DNA of 64,000 nt from Ruminococcus sp. UBA4275 (GCA_002395085.1 DGVV01000168.1:60840-124839), one strand, 5' to 3'. Counted from the first letter of the stretch, positions 26,486-35,639 are shown. Translations and numbers: made by a program. Notes: generated by a model not told the origin, from the letters alone.

Positions 26486-26671
26486 ATGGATGTGGTAAAA
26501 AAGAGCGAAGTCGAAGAGACAGTCGAGCTGCATAAGGTATCGAGCAGGCCGAAGTCCGAGAAGTATGTCTGTGTAAGCTGTGGGAAGTTCTGCTACTATC
26601 CACACTGCAAGGCTGGAATTCAATACCGGTTCTGTCCGAACTGTGGGAAGAAGGTGATAGGCTATGCCTGA
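26486..26671 (+). CDS. Small zinc-ribbon protein
   Basis: The start was moved to ATG 26486. Contains CVSCGK..C..HC...CPNCGK. Confidence 0.55.
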   Translation: MDVVKKSEVEETVELHKVSSRPKSEKYVCVSCGKFCYYPHCKAGIQYRFCPNCGKKVIGYA

Positions 26672-26879
26672 TAAAAAATTAAAAGTAACGATTGGTTTTC
26701 GCAATGGCAACAAGATCGAATTTTACTGCGATGAAATTACTTTGAGCAGAAACAATCTGACCGGAGAGCTTTTAGGATATAAGATCAAAGGCTTGGACGA
26801 AAGAACAAATCCGATGTACATAAACATTAGAGAAATTATCTATGTGCTTACATCGCAGAGAGGTGCTGAAAATGGCTGA
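26664..26879 (+). CDS. Small hypothetical protein in a visibly AT-rich segment
   Basis: 71 aa. The ORF overlaps both neighbours. Its composition looks clearly lower in GC than the flanks (judged by eye). Confidence 0.55.
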   Translation: MPDKKLKVTIGFRNGNKIEFYCDEITLSRNNLTGELLGYKIKGLDERTNPMYINIREIIYVLTSQRGAENG

Positions 26880-27051
26880 TTTGATCGGAAATATCCTTGT
26901 CGGATATGCTGCGGCAGCGTGGGCGCAAGGCTTTCGCGCAGAAGATCGAACCATGATCGGAATGCTGCTTAGTGTTCGCGATGAGGATCTGGACATTATT
27001 TGCTCTCTGCTGGCGAAGTGGGAGAAAGAGGAAGAAAGAGGAGGCGATTGA
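26872..27051 (+). CDS. Small hypothetical protein
   Basis: The start was moved to ATG 26872. 59 aa. Confidence 0.5.
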   Translation: MADLIGNILVGYAAAAWAQGFRAEDRTMIGMLLSVRDEDLDIICSLLAKWEKEEERGGD

Positions 27052-27052
27052 A

Positions 27053-27328
27053 ATGCCGGACGGCACCTGCATGGTCTGCGGTCGCATCATTCCGGAAGGC
27101 CGGCACATCTGCCTGAGCTGCGAGGGGCAGAACGAGATGCAGACTTTCCGCCGCAAAGAATCGAGCCGTGCGAAACGATACTTCCGCATCGTGGATGACT
27201 GCGGGTGGGTGTATTACATTGCGACGGACAACGACAAAATGATCGCAGCAAACATCGCGCTGCTTGTGCCGCATGTCCGGTCGGCAGCTGAGATCACGAA
27301 AAAAGAATTCGAGGAGGAAAAAACATGA
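27053..27328 (+). CDS. Zinc-ribbon protein
   Basis: The start was moved to ATG 27053. Contains CMVCGR..CLSCEG. Confidence 0.6.
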   Translation: MPDGTCMVCGRIIPEGRHICLSCEGQNEMQTFRRKESSRAKRYFRIVDDCGWVYYIATDNDKMIAANIALLVPHVRSAAEITKKEFEEEKT

Positions 27329-27726
27329 CATCGCAGGAAGCAAAAGAGTATCTGATGCAGTACCGCGAATCCATGAACCGCACCAAGGAAATCGCCGATC
27401 ACCTTGCGGATCTGCGGTCGGTCGCAGAAAGTCTGGGACATGAGCACGGACAGCGCGCGTCTCTCGATGAAGCTGTCGCCGCTCTGGTCGATGCACAGGA
27501 TGAGACGGCGCATGAGTTGAATCGTCTGTGTGCGCTGCGCGGTGAGATCATCGGCACGATCGACAGCGTGCCGAAGGTATATCGCCCTGTCCTGGTCGAG
27601 CGGTATGTAAACGGGCACACCTGGGAAAAGATCGCAGTGAACCTCAACTACAGCTATCGTGGGATCACGAAGCTGCACGGCCGCGCGCTGCTTGCAGTGA
27701 TCGAGATCTTAGAAAGAGTGCATTGA
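27325..27726 (+). CDS. Sigma-70 region-4-like phage late transcriptional regulator (DUF1492/ArpU-RinA-like)
   Basis: 133 aa. The C-terminal segment is PVLVERYVNGHTWEKIAVNLNYSYRGITKLHGRALLAV. It is the last gene before the packaging operon. Confidence 0.7.
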   Translation: MTSQEAKEYLMQYRESMNRTKEIADHLADLRSVAESLGHEHGQRASLDEAVAALVDAQDETAHELNRLCALRGEIIGTIDSVPKVYRPVLVERYVNGHTWEKIAVNLNYSYRGITKLHGRALLAVIEILERVH

Positions 27727-27752
27727 AGTTCCCACTCGCTCTGTGGTACAAT
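27723..27752 (+). promoter_or_regulatory. Candidate late promoter
   Basis: TTGAAG, 18 nt, TACAAT with a TG-extended -10 (TGGTACAAT). Confidence 0.4.
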
Positions 27753-27839
27753 GAAAATGTGGAAAAGCGACAGAGCGATGCAGGCTTTTCCCGGAGGCGC
27801 GTCTCCGCTTTTCCTGCTCTGTCAGATTATCACGAATTC

Positions 27840-27874
27840 GGCGCTCGGCTGTACGGTCGGGCGCCTTAGTTTTT
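27840..27874 (+). terminator. Intrinsic-terminator-like hairpin 12 nt upstream of the HNH gene
   Basis: GGCGCTCGGCT-GTAC-GGTCGGGCGCC forms an 11-bp stem (including G-U pairs) and is followed by TTAGTTTTT. Confidence 0.6.
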
Positions 27875-27886
27875 GGTGATGCGGAT

Positions 27887-28228
27887 ATGTATACGGCGGA
27901 TCAGATCCGGCAGCTCATCGCAGCCGGCATGGTGGAAGAATTTTACAACGATAAATTCTGGCGGAGACTGTCGAAGGAAATCATCGACGAGCATCACGGT
28001 GAGTGCCTGATGTGTAAGGCCGAGTGCAAACTGACTCCTGCGACACTGGTGCATCATGTGCAGCACTTAAAGGCCGCCCCGGAGCTGGCATATTCCCGGA
28101 CATATACCGACAGCAACGGTGAGGAGCAGATGCAGCTCATGCCGCTCTGCCACGACTGCCATGAGAGAATCCACAAGCGCGGCATATACGCGCCGCCGCG
28201 CGGGTACACGAACGAGGAAAAATGGTGA
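27887..28228 (+). CDS. HNH endonuclease (packaging-associated)
   Basis: Contains HHVQHL ... LCHDCHERIH. It lies directly upstream of the terminase genes. Confidence 0.85.
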   Translation: MYTADQIRQLIAAGMVEEFYNDKFWRRLSKEIIDEHHGECLMCKAECKLTPATLVHHVQHLKAAPELAYSRTYTDSNGEEQMQLMPLCHDCHERIHKRGIYAPPRGYTNEEKW

Positions 28229-28332
28229 TACCCCCGTCGAAAAAATCGCGTTTTTTCTGAGCGGCGGAACAACGGGGGCGCCCTCGACAAAATAAATTTT
28301 CCTCGCGCGTATGCGTAAAAATCACGGAAGGA

Positions 28333-28647
28333 GTGAGCAACGTGACGAGAAAAGCACTTGAAATGTCGCTGCTGGATCAGCTGAGAGCGAACGGTGCAGA
28401 CATCGAAGTCTTCCGCGGACTGATCGCGGATTACATGATGATGTTCAGCGTCGTTGAGAAGCTGAAAAGCGACATCCGGAAGCGCGGCACGATTGTCGAA
28501 GTGCCAAACGCGCGCGGCATCATGGTGAAGCAGCCGAACAGCTCCATCAAGGAACTGCGCGACACAAACAAGTCGATGCTCGCGATCCTGAAACAGCTGA
28601 ATCTCAGCATCGACACCGTGGCGGCGGTGGACGATGACCGGCTGTAA
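28333..28647 (+). CDS. Terminase small subunit (P27 family-like)
   Basis: 104 aa. The sequence ...YMMMFSVVEKLKSDIRKRGTIVEV...VKQPNSSIKELRDTNKSMLAILKQLNL matches the family pattern. The start is GTG 28333 or GTG 28342. Confidence 0.8.
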   Translation: MSNVTRKALEMSLLDQLRANGADIEVFRGLIADYMMMFSVVEKLKSDIRKRGTIVEVPNARGIMVKQPNSSIKELRDTNKSMLAILKQLNLSIDTVAAVDDDRL

Positions 28648-30295
28648 AGAAATTGATGACTATATCGGCATTGTGCGCAGCGGTGAGTACGAAGTCTGCA
28701 AAGACCAGCTGAAACTTTGCGATTTCGTGGAGCGGATCTTCGCGACGGAAACGCTGACGATCGACACCGACCAGCTTGCCGAGTATCTAAGCTATGAGAA
28801 ATACTTTCCGTTCGCACTCTTCCCGTGGGAGAAATTCGTTTTCGCACTGCACAACTGCACATACCGTGCAGACGGTCAGCTGCGGTTTCCGATCGTGTTC
28901 GTGTATGTCGGGCGCGGAGCCGGCAAGAACGGGTATCTTGGATTCGAGGATTTTTGCCTGCTGACAAAGACCAACGGTGTGCCGGAATACGACATCGACA
29001 TTTTCGCGACCTCGGAGGATCAGGCAAAGCAGTCGTTCACGGACGTTTGGAACGTGCTCGAAGCCAACAAGCAGAAGATGCGCAAGCACTTCCGCTGGAC
29101 AAAAGAGCTTATCACATGCACAGACACCGGATCAAAGTTCCAGTTTCGGACATCGAACAGCAAGACAAAAGACGGTGCGCGCCCCGGCAAGATCGACCTC
29201 GACGAGATTCACGCATACGAAAACTACCGCTTGATCACCGTCGCGACAACCGGCCTCGGTAAAAAGCGATTTCCGCGCCAGACATGGACGACAACCGACG
29301 GCGATGTCCGCGGCGGCCCGCTCGACGACAAAATCGAGCAAGGAGAGGCAATCCTCAACGGTGACGAGCCTGACAATGGGATGCTCGTTTTCATCTGCCG
29401 GCTCGACGATGACGAAGAAGTCTATAACGAGCGGATGTGGTACAAGGCGAATCCGTCACTGCGGTATCTGCCGACACTGCTCGAACAGATGCGCGTCGAG
29501 TTTGCGGAGTACAAACGCAATCCGGCGAGCAATACCGCATTCATTACAAAACGCATGAACCGCCCGCCGAAGATCCGCGAGAACGGTGTAGCCGCGTGGG
29601 AGGATATTCTCGCCACGAATCAGGAAATCCCGGAGACGAATCTGATCGGCAGACCGTGTGTGATCGGCATCGACTACATGAAGACGACCGACTTTCTCGG
29701 CGCCGGCCTGCTCTGGCGTGTTGGCGACCGGGATGTCTGGATATCGCATACATGGATATGCAATCAGTGCGCGGATCTGAAACGGATCAAGGCGCCGCTG
29801 CGCGAGTGGGAAGCCCGCGGGCTTGTGACATTCGTTGATGCGGTCGAGATTCCCCCGGAGTTGCCGTGCGTATGGCTGGCAAATGAAGCGGCAAAGCGGA
29901 ATGCACCGATGCTGCTTGCCGGCATTGACGATTACCGGTTCGCACTGATGAAGAATGCGCTTGAAGAAATCAACTTTTACGCCGACAAAGATCGCCGGAA
30001 CGTGCTGCTCATCCGTCCGAGAGATGAGATGCGCAGGATCCCGCTGATCACCAGTGGTTTTGTCGGGCATCGTTTCATCTGGGGAGATTCTCCGGTGATG
30101 CGGTGGATGACGAACAACAGCAAGACGGTGACAGCGCCGTCAGGAAACATCACATACGGCAAGATTGAGCCGAAGAGCCGCAAGACGGACACGTTCAAGG
30201 CGTTTGTTGCTGCGGAGTGTGTATCCGATGTGCTGGACGCATACGCGAACACGAAAACTGCTGAGCCGGTAGTTTCCGGTGTGTGGACATACTGA
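28634..30295 (+). CDS. Terminase large subunit
   Basis: 553 aa. It has a Walker A-like segment VGRGAGKNG and a C-terminal nuclease domain. It sits between TerS and the portal gene. Confidence 0.95.
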   Translation: MTGCKEIDDYIGIVRSGEYEVCKDQLKLCDFVERIFATETLTIDTDQLAEYLSYEKYFPFALFPWEKFVFALHNCTYRADGQLRFPIVFVYVGRGAGKNGYLGFEDFCLLTKTNGVPEYDIDIFATSEDQAKQSFTDVWNVLEANKQKMRKHFRWTKELITCTDTGSKFQFRTSNSKTKDGARPGKIDLDEIHAYENYRLITVATTGLGKKRFPRQTWTTTDGDVRGGPLDDKIEQGEAILNGDEPDNGMLVFICRLDDDEEVYNERMWYKANPSLRYLPTLLEQMRVEFAEYKRNPASNTAFITKRMNRPPKIRENGVAAWEDILATNQEIPETNLIGRPCVIGIDYMKTTDFLGAGLLWRVGDRDVWISHTWICNQCADLKRIKAPLREWEARGLVTFVDAVEIPPELPCVWLANEAAKRNAPMLLAGIDDYRFALMKNALEEINFYADKDRRNVLLIRPRDEMRRIPLITSGFVGHRFIWGDSPVMRWMTNNSKTVTAPSGNITYGKIEPKSRKTDTFKAFVAAECVSDVLDAYANTKTAEPVVSGVWTY

Positions 30296-31508
30296 GAGAG
30301 GAGTGATTCCGACGGGAAAAATCGTTGACTGGCTCGGCCGGATGTTCAAGCCGCCGAAGGCCGGGCTGTATGATGTTACAAACTATCGCAGCGGCACGAT
30401 CGAAGAAAAAGCAGCGCTCGATGCGTTCGCACTTTTTTCGGTGGTGCATCTGATCTCCGGGCTGCTGTCCGGCTGCGAGTTCCGCGTCTACCGCGACGGC
30501 AAAGAGACGCACGGCGCGGAATGGGCAGCGCTGAACGTGAAGCCAAACCTGAATCAGAATGCAGCAGCGTGGAAGCGTGAAATGATCGCGCGGCTGCTCC
30601 TCTCCGGAGAATCGCTTTGCGTGGAGCTTTCGGACGGGCAGCGGATTCTCGCGGAGAGTTTCAACCGGACGGAAGACGCGCTCCGCGGCGACATTTTCAG
30701 CGACATCCAGCGCGCAGATGTTACCGTCTCGCGGCAGTTCCGCAGCGCGGATGTATTCTATTTGCAGTCTCCCGTCAACGCTCGCGCCGCATGGCTCCAG
30801 CAGATCATGATGCAGTATGAGCGTCTGATGGCTTCTGCGGCAAAGCGCTTCCAGAAGGCCGGCGGAGAAAAAGGCATCCTCAAAGTCTCAGCGGTCGCGC
30901 AGGGCAAGACGAATTTCGAGGAGCAGTTCAAAAAGTTGCAGACGGAGTATTTCCGCAACTACTTCGAGAGTGCGAACGCCGTGCTGCCGCTGTTCGACGG
31001 CTACGACTACACACCGCAGAGCAGCGGCGGCAGCTCCGGCACCTACACCAACGACCTGACATCCGTCAAGACGCTGGCGGACGAGGCGATCAGCAGAGCG
31101 GCGCAGGTCTTTGGCGTCCCGCCGAGCTACATGCGCGGAGATGCTGCCGGAATCAAGGATTCGCAGGCTGCGATGATGACGAACTGCATCAAGCCGCTGG
31201 CGGAAATGATCTCGCAGGAGCTGACCGGCAAGCTGTACACCACACACGACATTATGCAGGGCGGACGGATCGTTGTTGACACCGGAAGCATTCTGCATCA
31301 CGATCTTCTCTCCGATTCTGCCGGTATCGACAAGCTGATTGGCACAGGCTGGACGATCAACGAAGTCCGCAAGGCGCTCGGCGCGCATGAACTGGATGAT
31401 CCGGACGCTGACGTCCGTTTTATCACGAAAAATTACGGCACCATTGCCGAAGCACTGGAAGGAGGTGAGGGGAATGCGGACACCGACAAGCTGGAAAATG
31501 GAGTATGA
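30279..31508 (+). CDS. Portal protein (HK97 family-like)
   Basis: About 400 aa in the canonical position. The start codon is uncertain (GTG 30279, GTG 30303 or ATG 30342). Confidence 0.9.
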   Translation: MCGHTERGVIPTGKIVDWLGRMFKPPKAGLYDVTNYRSGTIEEKAALDAFALFSVVHLISGLLSGCEFRVYRDGKETHGAEWAALNVKPNLNQNAAAWKREMIARLLLSGESLCVELSDGQRILAESFNRTEDALRGDIFSDIQRADVTVSRQFRSADVFYLQSPVNARAAWLQQIMMQYERLMASAAKRFQKAGGEKGILKVSAVAQGKTNFEEQFKKLQTEYFRNYFESANAVLPLFDGYDYTPQSSGGSSGTYTNDLTSVKTLADEAISRAAQVFGVPPSYMRGDAAGIKDSQAAMMTNCIKPLAEMISQELTGKLYTTHDIMQGGRIVVDTGSILHHDLLSDSAGIDKLIGTGWTINEVRKALGAHELDDPDADVRFITKNYGTIAEALEGGEGNADTDKLENGV

Positions 31509-32169
31509 GCCGCAAAAGGACACGCTTGAGCTCCGGATCTACAGCAACGTCGAAAGTGACAGCTGGTGGAAAGAGTCAGAGACCTCTGCTAAGTATTTTT
31601 CCGACAAGCTCAAAGAGTATGAAAATGCGAAAGAGATTAAGATCTACATCAATAGTCTCGGCGGCTCTGTGCTGGAGGGCATCGCGATCTACAATCAGCT
31701 CAAACGCCACAGCGCACACAAGACCGTATACATCGACGGTTTTGCGTGCTCGATCGCGTCCGTCATCGCAATGGCAGGCGATACCGTCATCATGCCGAAA
31801 AACACCTGCATGATGATCCATAATGCGTGGATTGTCGCAATGGGCAGCGCCAAAGAGCTGCGCAAAGCTGCCGACGATCTCGACGTCATCAATTCCGCAG
31901 CGATTCAGGCGTATCTCGACCGCGCCGGCGATAAGCTGACACGCGAGAAGCTGACGGAGATGCTCGACGCGGAAACCTACCTCACAGCCGAACAGTGCAT
32001 CGAGTACGGTTTTGCCGACAAGCACAGCGACGATGATGCTGGAGACGATTCGGAACCGGACGGCGCCGCAAAGAATCTGGCTGCCGAAACGCTGACAAAG
32101 CAGGCAGCCGCCGAAGAAATGGAACGCCGGCACGCAAAGTGCATGGCGATCATCAATCAGTTTATCTGA
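31474..32169 (+). CDS. Head maturation protease (ClpP/S14 family)
   Basis: The start was moved to ATG 31474, which follows GGAAGGAGGTG. Contains INSLGGSVLEGIAIYNQL...GFACSIASVIAMAGD. Confidence 0.9.
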   Translation: MRTPTSWKMEYEPQKDTLELRIYSNVESDSWWKESETSAKYFSDKLKEYENAKEIKIYINSLGGSVLEGIAIYNQLKRHSAHKTVYIDGFACSIASVIAMAGDTVIMPKNTCMMIHNAWIVAMGSAKELRKAADDLDVINSAAIQAYLDRAGDKLTREKLTEMLDAETYLTAEQCIEYGFADKHSDDDAGDDSEPDGAAKNLAAETLTKQAAAEEMERRHAKCMAIINQFI

Positions 32170-32181
32170 AGGAGGAAAAGC

Positions 32182-33378
32182 ATGAAAAATCTGGACAAGA
32201 TCAAGCAGGAAAAAGACAAGCTGCGCAATGCGCTTGCCGATGCGATCCGCGCGAACGATGAGGAAGCACTCGGCGCCGCAATGGACAGCTGGATGCAGTT
32301 TGTGTCCGAGACCGTCATGGACGAGGCGACCGGTCTGGTCGATGCGACTGACCGCAGCATCCTCGCAGCACGCGGCATCCGCCAGCTGACCGCTGAGGAG
32401 ACCAAGTTCTACAACGATTTCATTTCCGCTGCGCGCGGCGACGCACAGACCGTCATCACCAACATCACCGGCGCACTCCCGCAGACCGTCATCGACAGCG
32501 TGATGGACGATATGCGCGCAGCTTATCCGCTGCTCGATATGATCGACTTTACGAATACCGGCGCTGCGATCAAGTGGGTGCTCAACGCACAGGGCGCACA
32601 GGCTGCAACGTGGGACGAGCTCAACACTGCGATTACCAAGGATCTTGCCGGCGCGCTGAGCATCGTCGATCTGACGCAGTGCAAGCTCTCCGCGTATATG
32701 TTCACAACGCAGGATATGCTCGCGCTCGGGCCGCAGTGGGTTGACCGCTATGTTCGTGCAATCCTGGCGGATGCGCTCGCAGCTGGACTGGAAACTGCAA
32801 TCGTGGACGGCGACGGCGTCAAGAAGCCGATCGGCATGACGCGCAACTTCACCGGCAATTTCAATCAGACCACCGGCTACGCACGCAAGACCGCAACCGC
32901 CGTCACAAAGCTGGATCCGACCACTTACGGTACGCTGCTCAAAACGCTCGCAACCGACGGTCTGACCAGCAAGCCGCGCGCGATCTCCCGTGTCATCCTG
33001 CTTGTCAACCCTGTTGACTACTTTGACAAAGTCATGCCGGCGACGACTGTTATGACTCCGCTCGGCACTTATGTCGGAAATGTTCTTCCGTTCCCGACTG
33101 ACGTCGTGCAGTCCGTCGGCGTTCCGTCCGGCAAGGCTGTCATCGGTATCGCTAAAAAGTACTTCATGGGAGTTGGCACCGGCAGGGGCGGCAAGCTGGA
33201 GTACAGCGATGAATACAAGTTCGTCGAGGATCTCCGCACCTACAAGATCAAGTTCTACGGCACCGGCCGTCCGTATGACATCAACGCATTTATGTACCTC
33301 GACATTTCCGGTCTGGTCGCAGCGTCTCCGGTCGTAACGATCAACGGCAGCATCGAGAACACGCCGCAGACGGCCTGA
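32182..33378 (+). CDS. Major capsid protein (HK97 fold)
   Basis: 398 aa with an N-terminal helical delta-like segment. It follows the protease gene. AAGGAGG RBS. Confidence 0.9.
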   Translation: MKNLDKIKQEKDKLRNALADAIRANDEEALGAAMDSWMQFVSETVMDEATGLVDATDRSILAARGIRQLTAEETKFYNDFISAARGDAQTVITNITGALPQTVIDSVMDDMRAAYPLLDMIDFTNTGAAIKWVLNAQGAQAATWDELNTAITKDLAGALSIVDLTQCKLSAYMFTTQDMLALGPQWVDRYVRAILADALAAGLETAIVDGDGVKKPIGMTRNFTGNFNQTTGYARKTATAVTKLDPTTYGTLLKTLATDGLTSKPRAISRVILLVNPVDYFDKVMPATTVMTPLGTYVGNVLPFPTDVVQSVGVPSGKAVIGIAKKYFMGVGTGRGGKLEYSDEYKFVEDLRTYKIKFYGTGRPYDINAFMYLDISGLVAASPVVTINGSIENTPQTA

Positions 33379-33394
33379 TGTGAGGTGAGCAGTA

Positions 33395-33709
33395 GTGGCA
33401 CTGATCGACGACGTTAAGACTTATCTCGGCATCACATGGAGCGATCCGCACACCGACAGCAATGTCGCCGGCATCCTCGCAAGAGCGCAGACCAAGCTCT
33501 GCGGCTATGCCGGCACAACGCTGGATTTTGAAACGGAATCGTCCGAGAAGCAGCTGCTCCTCGATCTGTGCCGCTACATCTACAACAACGCGAGCGAAGA
33601 TTTTGAGAGCAGCTACAAGCACGAGCTCGTCATGCTTCGAGCTACACACGCAGTGGAGGTGATCGGCGATGAAACCGGCGAAAGCGTCGAAGACGAAAAC
33701 ACCGGCTGA
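33395..33709 (+). CDS. Head-tail connector (gp6-like)
   Basis: 104 aa. GTG start after GAGGTG. Contains IDDVKTYLGITWSD... Confidence 0.75.
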   Translation: MALIDDVKTYLGITWSDPHTDSNVAGILARAQTKLCGYAGTTLDFETESSEKQLLLDLCRYIYNNASEDFESSYKHELVMLRATHAVEVIGDETGESVEDENTG

Positions 33710-34331
33710 GCAGGCCGAAGACCGTCTCGTTTTCGACAGACCGTTTGAGCTGCAACACTACGACCTGACGCAGCACATTTGGACATCGTTTGAGCATCTT
33801 CACGGCAACATCAACAAAGCGATCAGCACGGGCGGGCAGAACCCGTCCGACAGCGCACACAGCAGCCGCTACACGTTCCGCATTCGGTATCATGCTGCGC
33901 TTGACGGTGTCCGCAGTGACATCCAGCACTACCGGATCATCTACGGCGGCGAGCCCTTTGAGCTGGCGGACTACGACGACTACAACGAGCGCCGCACAAT
34001 CATCAAACTGATCGCAAGCAGGATCCGCACCGGAACGCTCGCTCTGATCTCAGAATCGTCCGCAGAGGATGATATCGGACAGCAGATCCCGACAGAAAGC
34101 ACGATCGACCTGCCGTGTATCGAGTACGAGACCACGCAAGAAGAACGCGCTGACGCATACCAGATCTCGCTCCGGCTTGCTTACCGGCTTCGGATCTTCC
34201 GCGGCGAGTACAACGGCGAACGCCGTGCAGAGTACGACGGGAAAACGTACCGGATCGGCTCTGTGCGGTATGTCGGGGACTGCGTTGATCTGTATCTTGG
34301 CGAGAGGATCGGTGATCTCGATGCCTCGTGA
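33669..34331 (+). CDS. Head-closure/head-tail joining protein, apparently two tandem domains
   Basis: 220 aa, about twice the usual size. Each half ends in a head-tail-joining-like pattern (YTFRIRY...YRIIYGGEPFEL and LRIFRGEY...YDGKTYRIGSV). Confidence 0.7.
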   Translation: MKPAKASKTKTPAEQAEDRLVFDRPFELQHYDLTQHIWTSFEHLHGNINKAISTGGQNPSDSAHSSRYTFRIRYHAALDGVRSDIQHYRIIYGGEPFELADYDDYNERRTIIKLIASRIRTGTLALISESSAEDDIGQQIPTESTIDLPCIEYETTQEERADAYQISLRLAYRLRIFRGEYNGERRAEYDGKTYRIGSVRYVGDCVDLYLGERIGDLDAS

Positions 34332-34692
34332 AGATCTGAGCATCCAGCTCACAAGTGTGATCCGGCTGTATAACGAAGATGTGCGGGAAAACATCCGCTC
34401 CGGTCTGACATCCGTTGCAACCGCAGCCGTGATGAAGGTCAAGGTTGCATCGCCGAAGGATACCGGCAAATATCGCCGCGGATGGAAACTGGATATCTCC
34501 GAAAAAAACGGCGAGATGAGTTTTGTTGTGCATCAGGGAAAGGCTCGCGCCGGCCTGACACATCTGCTCGAAGACGGACACCGGACACGAACCAAGAAAA
34601 AATGGGTGAAGGCACAGCCACACATCCGCGCAGTCGAAGCGTGGGCAGAAACCGAATCCCTGAAAGCGATTGAAAAGGCGGTGAAGGGATGA
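34321..34692 (+). CDS. HK97 gp10-family tail component
   Basis: The start was moved to ATG 34321. Contains ASPKDTGKYRRGWK. Confidence 0.8.
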   Translation: MPREDLSIQLTSVIRLYNEDVRENIRSGLTSVATAAVMKVKVASPKDTGKYRRGWKLDISEKNGEMSFVVHQGKARAGLTHLLEDGHRTRTKKKWVKAQPHIRAVEAWAETESLKAIEKAVKG

Positions 34693-35009
34693 CACTCGCG
34701 GAGCTGAAAACTGAAATTGCGAAGCTGAAAATCCCGTATGCCTACGGCTATTTCAGCGGGAAGCAGCCCACAAAGTACATCGTCTATGAGGAGACACTCC
34801 GCAACGTCATTTTTGCAGACGGCGTGGAAGTCTACTCCGAGCCGTGGATCGTGCTGCGGCTTGTCTCGAAAAATCGCGATCTCGCAGCGGAGGCGTCCAT
34901 TTGTGCGATGCTCCGCGAAAATAAATTTCCGTATGACGATCCGGAGTACATCTTCGACGAAGAAGAAGGAATCCACATCGCCACATTCTACTTTTCGATT
35001 GGAGGGTAA
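34689..35009 (+). CDS. Tail completion/terminator-like protein
   Basis: 106 aa. It lies between the gp10-like gene and the tail tube gene. Confidence 0.6.
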   Translation: MTLAELKTEIAKLKIPYAYGYFSGKQPTKYIVYEETLRNVIFADGVEVYSEPWIVLRLVSKNRDLAAEASICAMLRENKFPYDDPEYIFDEEEGIHIATFYFSIGG

Positions 35010-35012
35010 ATC

Positions 35013-35639
35013 ATGCCTGAAACTCCGAAAGCAAAAATTCGCCGGACAATCACTGATCTGGGCTTTGCTCCGATCACCGCAGTTGCGGCTGACGGCAAGC
35101 CGACTTACGACTCCGTCACCTGGTTTGCACACCACGAAGCGGGTGGAAGAGATTACGATGCGCAGCCCGCAGGCAACTCCGGCGGCATCTGGGCGGATGG
35201 CCGCGAAGTCTACGCCTACGAAGATAATCAGGGCTACAATATCAGCCTGACGACGGTCGGTGTGACTGACGACATCGACAAAGCATGGTACGGCCGCACA
35301 GTTCTGGAATCCGGAGCTGTGGAAGAGTACGCAGACGGCGCCGAGTATCCGCACTTTGCGCTTGTGATCGTCGAGGATACGACCGACGGCACCGGCGAGA
35401 CCACCATTTTCTACGATTGCCACATCCAGCAGCGCAGCGGCAAGCAGGGCGCCACGAGCGAGGGCAACGGCCTGAACCCGCAGTTCCCGCAGCATAACAT
35501 TGCAGCTCGTCCGCGTCTGGATTGCTTCGCAGTCAAGATGACGCTGCCGAGTAAGACCAAGATTACCACGATCCCGGAGCCGAGCAAGGCGGCATCTGGA
35601 ACGACTGGTGGCGGTGCAACGACTGGCGGTGGTAACTAA
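35013..35639 (+). CDS. Major tail (tube) protein
   Basis: 208 aa. GGAGGG RBS. It is located upstream of the chaperone pair. Confidence 0.75.
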   Translation: MPETPKAKIRRTITDLGFAPITAVAADGKPTYDSVTWFAHHEAGGRDYDAQPAGNSGGIWADGREVYAYEDNQGYNISLTTVGVTDDIDKAWYGRTVLESGAVEEYADGAEYPHFALVIVEDTTDGTGETTIFYDCHIQQRSGKQGATSEGNGLNPQFPQHNIAARPRLDCFAVKMTLPSKTKITTIPEPSKAASGTTGGGATTGGGN

